Below, piece by piece: positions 39,107 through 47,004 of a stretch of DNA of 64,000 nucleotides (position 1 is the stretch's first letter; each line of letters starts with the position of its first letter). Below the pieces are notes generated by a model. That model did no database searches. It was not told where the DNA came from and saw only the letters and a program-made list of their open reading frames with translations. The DNA is taken from assembly GCA_036229005.1 (NCBI GenBank), contig JAZAMN010000054.1, forward strand, positions 17,983 through 81,982. The letters are read 5' to 3'. Source of the DNA: Myxococcota bacterium (lineage in GTDB: Bacteria > Myxococcota_A > UBA796 > CAJQPC01). The position numbers and the translations under genes are program-made.

Positions 39107-41236
39107 TCACCACCGAGTCGAGAGCTTCGCGTTGAAGGTGCGCCCGGGGCGCTGCACCCCGTAGAGGTCGAAGGTGGGCGCATCCAGGAGGTTCCAGACC
39201 TCCAGGGACAGGGTCACCCCGCGCTCGTGGGGCTGCAGCCGCACCCAGGTGCCGGCGTTCCAGACCTGCTGGCTGGGGATCACCTGCTTGGTCTCCGCGG
39301 CCCCCGCGCTCTCCCAGGAGCGCGTGAAGCTGTGGATGTAGCGGGTGCTCAGATCCGCCCCGAAGCCCAGCCCCGAGGGGCGCTCCGGGCTGGCCACCCA
39401 GGCCCGGGCGCTGGTGTCCAGGGTGGGCCGGTTGGGGATGAGGTCCCCCGCGTAGCGCGAGAAGCTGCCCGACTCGGAGGCGTTGCGCAGCGCCATCCAG
39501 CCACCCTGGGCGCTCAGGCCGACGCGCTCGCTGTAGCCCCAGGCCACGCTGCCCTGCAGGCCGCGCCCCCGCGCCTCGTAGACGTTCTGCCACTGCTGCG
39601 TGATGTTGTTGCTCATCAGCACGACGAGCTGGTCCGCGTTCCGGGTCACGCCCCGCACCGAGACGTCAACGCTGTGGCCGCCCCAGCCCAGCCCGGAGGC
39701 GCCCAGCTCCAGGTTGGTGTTCAGGCTGCGCTCGGGCTGCAGCGCGATGTTCGACTGGACCAGCACGCCGTCGCCGAACACCTCGTCCGGGGTGGGCAGG
39801 CGCAGCGCGTGCTCGACGGAGGCCTTGGCGTAGAGCGGCCCGCCGGCGGACCACAAGGCGCTCCCGCCTGCCCCCCAGCGGCGCAGGGACACGCTGCGCT
39901 CGTCGTAGAAGTAGTCCACCACGCCGGCGAGCTCGGCCGCGTAGCCGTAGCCCTTGCCAAAGAACTCAAGCTGCAGGCGGTCCTGCAGGAAGAAGCCGCT
40001 CCAGGACAGGCCCACCACGCTGCGCCGCTGAAGCTGCTCGGTCTCGAAGGGGTCCCGGGTGTCCGGGTCGTTGCCCAGGTAGAGGTCGTCGCCCAGGCGC
40101 CGGGTGAGCTGCAAGGTGGCCGAAGCCTCCAGGCTGGAGCGCGGGCCGAGCACGAGCCCCGCGTTCAGCCGCGCGTAGCCGGCGTGCTGCCAGGTGAAGC
40201 GCTCGGCGGCGTCCCCCAGCTCCCCGGGGCTGGGCCGGTCCCGAACGACCTCGCCGTACCAGTCGTAGACCACGTCGGACTGGTCGGAGAACCAGGTCTC
40301 CCGCCAGGACCACGCGGCCAGCGCGGACGCGGTGAAGGGGGCCCGGTTCAGGGTCCAGCGGGCCGTCGCCCCCCGCGCGCTGCGGGCGGTCTGGACCTCG
40401 CCGTAGGGGATGGTCATCACCAGGTTGTGGGGCAGACCCTTCTCCAGCTCGGAGGCCAACACGCGCAGCTCCGCCCGGTCGGCCCAGGGGCGGTCCGCCA
40501 CCCCGACCACCACCCGGCCCCCCACCCCCTGGTATTGGCCGTTGATGCGCGGGAGGCTCACGGGCACGGTCTGCCCGCTGAGGTCCGCGATCTCCACGTC
40601 CACCGGCCAGTCGTTGTCGGCCTGGTCGTAGAAGGCCGCGCCCTCCACGTACAGCCCGCTGGGCCCGTGCATCCAGGCCGCCCGCGCCGCCGCCCGCCGC
40701 GTCCCCCAGGAGCCGAGCTGGAGGCTCGCGCTGCCATGGAGGCCGGCCTCGGGCGCCTGGGTCTCCAGCGCGATGGCCCCGCCCAACGCGTCAGCCCCCA
40801 GGCGGATGGGGACGACGCCGTGATGCACCTCCATGGCCTGAACCAGGTCCATCGGGACATCCGCCAGGGTGGTCCCCAGGCCGGTGTACTCCAGGGGGAC
40901 GCCGTCCAGGAGCACGCGGATCTGGTCCCCGGTGAAGCCGTCCAGGTTGATGCGCTGGCTGGCCCCCAGCCCCCCGCTGCGCTGGACGATGACGCCCTCC
41001 TGCTCGCCCAGGACCTGCCCCAGATCGGCGCTGCGGGCCTGGGCAGCCTCAAGCTCCACGCGCTCCACGGCCTCGGTGCTGAGGGTGGCGCTCTTTCGCT
41101 GGGCGGTGACGACGACCACGTCTTCGTCGGCAGCGGGCGCGCTGTCCCGTGCGGGCTCCGTGTCGGACGACGGCTCGTCCTCCGCCCAAGCCGAGGCAGA
41201 GAGCGTCAACAGGATGGACCAGCCGGACAGCAGCAC
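39107..41236 (-). CDS. TonB-dependent receptor, MxcH-like (siderophore/iron)
   Basis: TonB-box-like DVVVVTA. Plug SADLGQVL...SGGLG...IRVLLDGVP and LGADALGGAI. Also RLPTPDEVFG, LQPERS, NLLD and QRPGR, ending in W. Confidence 0.9.
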   Translation of the reverse strand: MLLSGWSILLTLSASAWAEDEPSSDTEPARDSAPAADEDVVVVTAQRKSATLSTEAVERVELEAAQARSADLGQVLGEQEGVIVQRSGGLGASQRINLDGFTGDQIRVLLDGVPLEYTGLGTTLADVPMDLVQAMEVHHGVVPIRLGADALGGAIALETQAPEAGLHGSASLQLGSWGTRRAAARAAWMHGPSGLYVEGAAFYDQADNDWPVDVEIADLSGQTVPVSLPRINGQYQGVGGRVVVGVADRPWADRAELRVLASELEKGLPHNLVMTIPYGEVQTARSARGATARWTLNRAPFTASALAAWSWRETWFSDQSDVVYDWYGEVVRDRPSPGELGDAAERFTWQHAGYARLNAGLVLGPRSSLEASATLQLTRRLGDDLYLGNDPDTRDPFETEQLQRRSVVGLSWSGFFLQDRLQLEFFGKGYGYAAELAGVVDYFYDERSVSLRRWGAGGSALWSAGGPLYAKASVEHALRLPTPDEVFGDGVLVQSNIALQPERSLNTNLELGASGLGWGGHSVDVSVRGVTRNADQLVVLMSNNITQQWQNVYEARGRGLQGSVAWGYSERVGLSAQGGWMALRNASESGSFSRYAGDLIPNRPTLDTSARAWVASPERPSGLGFGADLSTRYIHSFTRSWESAGAAETKQVIPSQQVWNAGTWVRLQPHERGVTLSLEVWNLLDAPTFDLYGVQRPGRTFNAKLSTRW

Positions 41237-41256
41237 AATGACCTCGCTGGCGCCCC

Positions 41257-41297
41257 TTATTGAAATCTCTGTTGACTTGCAATTTCATTTCCAATAG
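41257..41297. promoter_or_regulatory. Fur-box-like AT-rich divergent promoter
   Basis: TTATTGAAAT...TTGCAATTTCATTTCCAATA between the TonB receptor and the lipoprotein. Imperfect inverted repeat in otherwise GC-rich DNA. Confidence 0.55.
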
Positions 41298-41325
41298 TTG
41301 GGCCGGCCAACCCCAGGAGCACCAG

Positions 41326-42540
41326 ATGCCTCTCCTCCTTCCCCTGCTCTTTGCCTGCACCGCCCCCAGCGACACCGCTGAGGACACCCAGACCACCGAC
41401 GACACCGGCAGCCCCTCGGCCTACGACGGCTACGTGGTCGCTGACATCGTGATCACCGACAGCGGGCGCACGACCTACTTCCAGGCGGTGCCCGAGCTCA
41501 GCGGGGACATCGACAACAGCGCGGCCGTCGAGCTGGCCGGGAACGCCGAGGTCGCCGTGGTGGGCGGCTACGTGCTGGGCAGCGACACCGAGGCGCCGGT
41601 CTGGTACCGCTACACCGTCGACGCCGAGGGTCAGATCGAGGCCGCCGGCGAGATCAGCTTCGCCGCCTACGGCTGGGCGAACATCGACTACTACAACGTG
41701 TTCGTCAGCGAGGACCTGGCCCTGTCCCTGAACACCAGCCTGGCCGAGGGCATCTGGTGGAGCCCCAGCGACCTGAGCATCCTGGGCACCATCGACATGA
41801 GCCAGGTCTTGTCCGAGGGCTACTCCACCGAGCACTTTGCCCCCACCCTGGCCGACGGCCGCATCTACCTGCCCGTGCGGCACGCGGACTGGACCAACTA
41901 CGTCATCAAGCACGAGACCCGCGTGCTGGTGATCGACACCGAGAGCCAGTCCATCGTCGCGGACCTGGCGGACGACCGCTGCCCCAGCTCCGGCAGCATC
42001 ATGCTCTCCCCGGACGGCATGGCCTACACCATGAGCGACGGCCGCAACTACTCCGCGCAGATGATCGCGCGGGCCACGGGCGCCGACGAGATCCCGGTCA
42101 ACTGCTTCCTGCGCTTTGACCCCGCGGACCTGGAAGCCGGCTTCGACAGCGACTGGAGCGTCGACGTGCCCGAGCTGACGGGCGGCCGCGAGGTGGTGAC
42201 CAACCTGGCCTCGGGCGACCTGAGCTCCGGCGTGGGCTTCGCGCAGGTCATGTACGAGGAGGAGATCGACGGCGAGCCCGTGGACTTTGGCTTCTGGAGC
42301 CAGCCCTTCTCCAAGGTGTGGCGCTTCGACCTGAGCAGCGGCACCCCCAGCGCGGAGCTGGTGGAGGGCGCGCCCTTCACCGGCATCGGCTTCGGCGGCG
42401 TGGCCGTGGAGGGCGACCTGCTCATGGGCCAGTCCACCGACGGCGCCAGCTCGGACGTGCTGCGCTTTGACCCCGACACGAACACCGCCACCGAGATGTT
42501 CACCATCGAGGGCTACTTCTACCAGGCCTTCAAGCTCTGA
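41326..42540 (+). CDS. MxcI/DUF4374-like beta-propeller lipoprotein (iron uptake)
   Basis: AGGAG RBS and MPLLLPLLFAC. GRTTY, DDRCP and GFDSDW..D..ELTGGR. Divergent from the MxcH-like receptor. Confidence 0.7.
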   Translation: MPLLLPLLFACTAPSDTAEDTQTTDDTGSPSAYDGYVVADIVITDSGRTTYFQAVPELSGDIDNSAAVELAGNAEVAVVGGYVLGSDTEAPVWYRYTVDAEGQIEAAGEISFAAYGWANIDYYNVFVSEDLALSLNTSLAEGIWWSPSDLSILGTIDMSQVLSEGYSTEHFAPTLADGRIYLPVRHADWTNYVIKHETRVLVIDTESQSIVADLADDRCPSSGSIMLSPDGMAYTMSDGRNYSAQMIARATGADEIPVNCFLRFDPADLEAGFDSDWSVDVPELTGGREVVTNLASGDLSSGVGFAQVMYEEEIDGEPVDFGFWSQPFSKVWRFDLSSGTPSAELVEGAPFTGIGFGGVAVEGDLLMGQSTDGASSDVLRFDPDTNTATEMFTIEGYFYQAFKL

Positions 42541-42548
42541 GGGTCGCC

Positions 42549-42767
42549 GGGGGGTCGCAAGACCCCCATACAAAAACCTGGGCTGCTGCGCGCACACCTG
42601 CGCGCGCGGCCGGCTCGGAGGGGGGCCGGGAGCTGCCCGACAAAGCCAAAGCGGGAGTCGGCCTTGGCCGGCTTCCCGACGCGCCGAGGGCTGCTTCCGC
42701 TCCTGTCCCCCCGGAGAGCCCGCGGAGGGTGACCCCGGCTCCGCCGGGGTTCAGGGGGGCGCGAGAC
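42549..42767 (+). repeat. Structured repeat, B-type unit (B2)
   Basis: Near-identical to ~10910-11125. Confidence 0.9.
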
Positions 42768-42822
42768 AGGCCCAGCGGGCGGGAATTGAGGCCGGGGCCG
42801 CGGTGCGCCAGAGGCTCCCCTC
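42768..42822 (+). repeat. 55-bp imperfect direct repeat of 37219-37273 (3' end of the oxidoreductase gene)
   Basis: Ungapped hand alignment gives 50/55 identity. Confidence 0.85.
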
Positions 42823-42835
42823 AGCTGTTCCCGCT

Positions 42836-43005
42836 CTGGAGGGCCTGCCGGGGGTGGGGCCCAAGCGGCGCAAGGCGCTGCTCACGCATTTGGGAACCTC
42901 AAGCGGGTGAAGGCGGTCAGCGCGGAGGAGATCGCGGAGGTCCCGGGGATAGGGACGGGGTCGGCGCAGAAGATCTGGGCGGCGCTGCAGGAGCCAGAGG
43001 GGTAA
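42836..43005 (+). pseudogene. uvrC: Remnant of the UvrC C-terminal (HhH)2 domain, frameshifted
   Basis: LEGLPGVGPKRRKALLTH, a 1-nt frameshift at ~42890, then GNLKRVKAVSAEEIAEVPGIGTGSAQKIWAAL-QEPEG* (TAA 43003-43005). No upstream uvrC body. Confidence 0.8.
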
Positions 43006-43021
43006 GGGGCGGCGCCCCGGT

Positions 43022-43287
43022 GGCTACGGGGGTTCAATGAGCGCAGGGGGGCGGCTAGTGGCTTTCAATGAGCGCCTCGCTGAGGCTACGGGTGCTCGGT
43101 GAGCGCTTCTCCCTGAATCTTGGGCCCCAGGAGCGGAATCTGGGCCGTTTTGAACCCCAATTGGGGCCGATCGGGGGCTCTGGGCGCCAGATCGGTGGGC
43201 GGATCGCACACCGGTGGGGCGTAGCCTCGAAGGACCGCTCATTCAGAGGACGTAGCCGCCGGGTTCGCTCATTCGGCCGGCGTAGCC
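43022..43287. repeat. Inverted 3+3 box element, copy 1
   Basis: 22-bp boxes start at 43022, 43053 and 43084 (forward) and at 43205, 43236 and 43266 (reverse). Confidence 0.9.
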
Positions 43288-43324
43288 GCCAGTCCCAGGG
43301 CCTCTCCATCCTCCCGAGCCAGCC

Positions 43325-43711
43325 AGGCGCGCACACGTGCGCGCGCGGCCGGGAGTTCGGGCGGCCGAGGCGTTCGGCTCAAGCCAAAGAAGCGGCGAAG
43401 CCGCGCCGACGCGCAGGGCCGAATGCCTCGCACCCGTCCGACCGAACTCCCCGCGGGGGGTGATCCCGGTCTGCCGGGGTTCAGGGGCGCGAGCCCACAT
43501 CCCCTCTCACCACAGGCGAGGCTTCGGTGCGCAAACCTGCGCCCGAAACCCGGGAGTTCGGGCGGCCGAGGCGTTCGGCTCAAGCCAAAGAAGCGGCGCA
43601 GCCGCGCCGACGCGCAGGGCCGAATGCCTCGCACCCGTCCGACCGAACTCCCCGCGGGGGGTGACCCCGGCCCCGCCGGGGTTCAGGGGGGTCGCGAGAC
43701 CCCCATAAAAA
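43325..43711 (+). repeat. Two tandem structured repeats (A3 chimeric, A4)
   Basis: Homologous to 10517-10930. Confidence 0.9.
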
Positions 43712-44641
43712 CTACTGCGCTTCCACCCACTCCTGCCAGGCGCGCTGCCGGGTGTCTTCGAGCGCGTGCTTGGCCAGGGTGCGGGCCACGGTCTGGGTGC
43801 CGGTGTGGGCGGTGTAGGCGGTGCTCGCGTCCAGGGCGGCGGCGATGTAGTCCCCGGCGCCGTCGGCCACGTTGACGATGCCCTTGACCTGCTGCAGCAC
43901 GCCGGCCTGGGTGAGCTGCTTCTCTTCGACGAAGCGCCCCACCCACTCGCCGGTGGTGTCCAGGGTCTTGAGGATGAAGTCCTTCTTCTGCCCCACGTTG
44001 TCGCCGGGCAGGCGCTCGCCGAGCTTGGAGAACACGGGGTTGCTCAGCAGCTTGTCGCTGGCCAGGTCACTGACGTTGTTCAGGATGATGCGGATGAAGT
44101 CCGGCCCCAGGGGGAGCAGCCCGTCGAAGCTGACCCAGGCGGCCAGGCGCATGGTGTCGTGGGTGCCGTAGTCCTGGATGGCGCCGGCGAACTTGGCCAA
44201 ACCCTCGGGACCGGCAGTGGGGCGCCCGTTGAGCAGGCCGAAGGCGACCAGCTCGGCGACCAGCTTGAGGGCGGCGTCGATGGACTGGGTGGTCGCGGGC
44301 TTGGGGGTCATCTGCTTGAGGAAGCCCCCGCCGAAGTTGCCCAGCAGATCCCCGACCTTGGAGGCGACGGCGGCCCCAGCGGCGACCTGATCGACGGTGT
44401 CCACCAGGGTGTAGACCTGCAGGGCCTGCCCGTAGCGCGGGTCCGCGAGCTGCATGGCCTGGGCGCGCTTGGCGATGGCCATCACCACCTTGGGCTTGTC
44501 CACCTGGGCCACGTCCATGACCAACTTGGGGAAGTTGTTGTGGTTGTGCCACTCGCCCGGGACGACCTTGTCCAGGGTGCGCAAGGCGGTGACGGTGAGG
44601 CCGCTGTCGGGCAGCTTGTGCAGAGAAGTGATGACGTCCAT
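43712..44641 (-). CDS. Conserved hypothetical helical protein
   Basis: GGGAG RBS and strong codon bias. Motifs LDKVVPGEW, LKLVAELVAF, FDGLLPLGPDF and HTGTQTVAR. Confidence 0.85.
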   Translation of the reverse strand: MDVITSLHKLPDSGLTVTALRTLDKVVPGEWHNHNNFPKLVMDVAQVDKPKVVMAIAKRAQAMQLADPRYGQALQVYTLVDTVDQVAAGAAVASKVGDLLGNFGGGFLKQMTPKPATTQSIDAALKLVAELVAFGLLNGRPTAGPEGLAKFAGAIQDYGTHDTMRLAAWVSFDGLLPLGPDFIRIILNNVSDLASDKLLSNPVFSKLGERLPGDNVGQKKDFILKTLDTTGEWVGRFVEEKQLTQAGVLQQVKGIVNVADGAGDYIAAALDASTAYTAHTGTQTVARTLAKHALEDTRQRAWQEWVEAQ

Positions 44642-44698
44642 CTCCCTGACCTACCACGGCGCGCTGTGTCACCGCTGTGACCTTGGACGCGCCCCCGC

Positions 44699-45184
44699 TC
44701 AGAACAAGCTGAGCCGCCCCTCCCGCGCCAGCAGCCGCCGCTTGCGGGCGATCCCCCAGCGGAATCCCCCCAGGCCGCCGTCGCGCCGCAGCACCCGGTG
44801 GCAGGGCACCAGCACCGCGATGGGGTTCGCCGCCACCGCCCCCGCCACCGCTCGGACCGCGCTCTCCGGCCGCCCAAGGGAGCGCGTCAGCTCGGAGTAG
44901 CTCAGGGTCTGGCCCCAGCGGGTTTGGGTCAGGCCCAGCCAGACCTCGACTTGGAAGGGGGTCCCTTGGAGATCCAGGGGCACCGCGGGGGTCTGATCGG
45001 TGTGGAGGGAGTGAAGGAGGCCCTCCAGCCCCTCGTCCCCCACCTCCTGCAGATCCGCGTTGGGCAGCGCCTCTCGCAGGCACGCCTTGGCCAAGGCGAG
45101 GTCATCCGCGAGCTGAAGGCACACCACCCCGCGCGCACTGACAGCCACCCCCGCGAAGCCCAGCTCCGTGGGGGCGAACGACAC
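44699..45184 (-). CDS. ogt: Methylated-DNA--protein-cysteine methyltransferase (Ogt/Ada C-terminal type)
   Basis: GTPFQVEVW, AVRAVA and NPIAVLVPCHRV, plus GGFRWG. Start is uncertain (no clear RBS). Confidence 0.85.
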   Translation of the reverse strand: MSFAPTELGFAGVAVSARGVVCLQLADDLALAKACLREALPNADLQEVGDEGLEGLLHSLHTDQTPAVPLDLQGTPFQVEVWLGLTQTRWGQTLSYSELTRSLGRPESAVRAVAGAVAANPIAVLVPCHRVLRRDGGLGGFRWGIARKRRLLAREGRLSLF

Positions 45185-45198
45185 CCGCAGGGGCGCGC

Positions 45199-46251
45199 TC
45201 AGCAGCAGGCCTGGGGGCTGCCCTCGTCAAAGGGGACGCCGCTGCCGCAGTCGGTGAAGATGCCCAGGTGCGTGGAGAAGTCGCCGCGCAGCTCGAAGAA
45301 GGGGGCAAAGCGCGTGTCGGCCAGCATCTTGTCGGTGTTGCCGCAGACGGGCTTCCACTGGTCCTTCTGGAAGACGTGGTGGTCGTCCAGGGTGAACGCG
45401 GCGTCCTGCTGCTCGATGCCGCCCAGGTAGCGGGCCTCGTGGCCGTAGTCTTCGCAGGCGGGCTCCAGGCCAGGCAGCTTGAAGAGGCGGTAGGTCACCG
45501 AGTAGAAGCGGTAGCCCTTGACCTTGGCCTCCACGCCCGGGTTGTCTACCGTCAGGCGGCGGGACTCGACCACGCGGGGATCGCCGAAGCCGGCCGCCTT
45601 CGCCAGGTTCTGGAAGTCGTTCCAGTAGAGCGCGCCGCCCAGGCACTCGCCATAGAGCTCGCGGTCGTTCTGGAGGTCCTCGGGCAGGCGGCGGTCGCAG
45701 TACACGTCCGAGAAGTAGAACTCCCCGCCCTCGCGCAGCACCCGGTGGGCCTCGGAGAGGACGGCGGCCTTGTCGGTCGCCAGGTTGACCACACAGTTGG
45801 ACACGATGAGGTCGACGCTCTCATCGGCGATCCCGGCGCCGGCGAGGTCCATGATGTTGCCCTTGACGAACGCCACGTTGGACTGCGCGTAGCCAAAGCG
45901 CTCGCGGTGCCAGTCCAGGTGGGCGCGGGCCACGTCGAGTTGCTCGTCCGTCATGTCCAGGCCCAGCACCGAGCCCTGCTCGCCCACAAGCTGCGAGAGC
46001 AGGTAGCAGTCGCGCCCGGAGCCGCTGCCCAGGTCCAGCACGCGCAGGCCTTGGACCGTGGTGGGGATGGTCAGGCCGCAGCCGTAGTAGCGGGCGGAGA
46101 CCTCGTCGTGGACGTTCTCCAGCGCCTGGCGGATGGCCGGGTTGTCCGGCGCGGGGGTGCAGCAGGCGTTGGTCTTGAGGTCCTCGGAGCCCTTGAGCTC
46201 CACGCCGTAGTAGGCCTGGACTTCGGACTCGATGGTGAGGCGATCCTTCAT
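45199..46251 (-). CDS. arsM: Arsenite methyltransferase-like protein (ArsM/AS3MT family)
   Basis: LKTNACC, YYGCG, LDLGSGSGRD, SNCVVNL and GECLGGALY, with C-terminal CC. Confidence 0.85.
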   Translation of the reverse strand: MKDRLTIESEVQAYYGVELKGSEDLKTNACCTPAPDNPAIRQALENVHDEVSARYYGCGLTIPTTVQGLRVLDLGSGSGRDCYLLSQLVGEQGSVLGLDMTDEQLDVARAHLDWHRERFGYAQSNVAFVKGNIMDLAGAGIADESVDLIVSNCVVNLATDKAAVLSEAHRVLREGGEFYFSDVYCDRRLPEDLQNDRELYGECLGGALYWNDFQNLAKAAGFGDPRVVESRRLTVDNPGVEAKVKGYRFYSVTYRLFKLPGLEPACEDYGHEARYLGGIEQQDAAFTLDDHHVFQKDQWKPVCGNTDKMLADTRFAPFFELRGDFSTHLGIFTDCGSGVPFDEGSPQACC

Positions 46252-46323
46252 GGCGGGCTCCCGGTTCTGAGGGATCCGTATCCGGGGGACGCGCTGCGCT
46301 GTGTCACCTTTTGAGGGCGGCGC

Positions 46324-46974
46324 TCACCACAGCCAGGAGAAGGCCTGGGTCAGGGCCCGCTTGCCGCCCGTCTCGACGACCGCGCCGTGGGCCAGGATCA
46401 GGCGGTCGAAGTCCAGCTCCAGCAGGGCGCCGAGCTCCTGGCGAGCCAGATCGCGGTGCATGGCGACACGCTCGAGCAGGGTGGTGCTGCAGCCCGGGTA
46501 GCCCCAGAGCGCGAACATCGCGGCGCGGGTGGCGAAGGGGGCGTGTGCCTGGATGTTGAACACCAGATCCGTGAGGATCAAGCTCCGGGATGGCCGATGC
46601 AGGAACACCACCTCCTGGCTGAGAGGGAAGCAGCGCAGCGGGATGCTCAGGATGTCCTCGCCGAAGGGCTGCCCGGTCTGTTGAAGTGTCCCGGCAAAGC
46701 GCAAGTCCGGGCGTTTTGCCTGCAGCCCCGGGCAACACCAGCCCTCCCCTCCCCGCTCGATCCAGGGCCCGATGTGCAGGTGGTGGAAGAGGTTGGGGGC
46801 GACCACCCAGCGCGGCTCTCCCAGCTCTCCCAAGCTGGCGGGATCGCAGGCGATCGGGGAGTGCACCCAAAGCCCCTGCGAGGTCTGGATGACCGTCATG
46901 CGCGCCCCCATCTCCAAGCCCAGGAAGCGTTGGGGGGCTTGCACGGTGAACAGGCCGGGGGCGAGCGGGGTCAT
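46324..46974 (-). CDS. DUF4336 (metallo-beta-lactamase-like) protein
   Basis: GARMTVI, LWVHSP, VAPNLFHHL, EVVFLHRPSRSLILTD and ILAHG. Confidence 0.85.
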   Translation of the reverse strand: MTPLAPGLFTVQAPQRFLGLEMGARMTVIQTSQGLWVHSPIACDPASLGELGEPRWVVAPNLFHHLHIGPWIERGGEGWCCPGLQAKRPDLRFAGTLQQTGQPFGEDILSIPLRCFPLSQEVVFLHRPSRSLILTDLVFNIQAHAPFATRAAMFALWGYPGCSTTLLERVAMHRDLARQELGALLELDFDRLILAHGAVVETGGKRALTQAFSWLW

Positions 46975-47004
46975 GCCCCATTGTTGCAGGGGCGGGGGAC
47001 GCGG

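Noticed and set aside
43022..43287. CRISPR array interpretation of the 31-bp periodic boxes (also 56332-56587)
   Set aside because: The variable parts are only 8-9 bp, the arrays are inverted about a centre and no cas genes are present.
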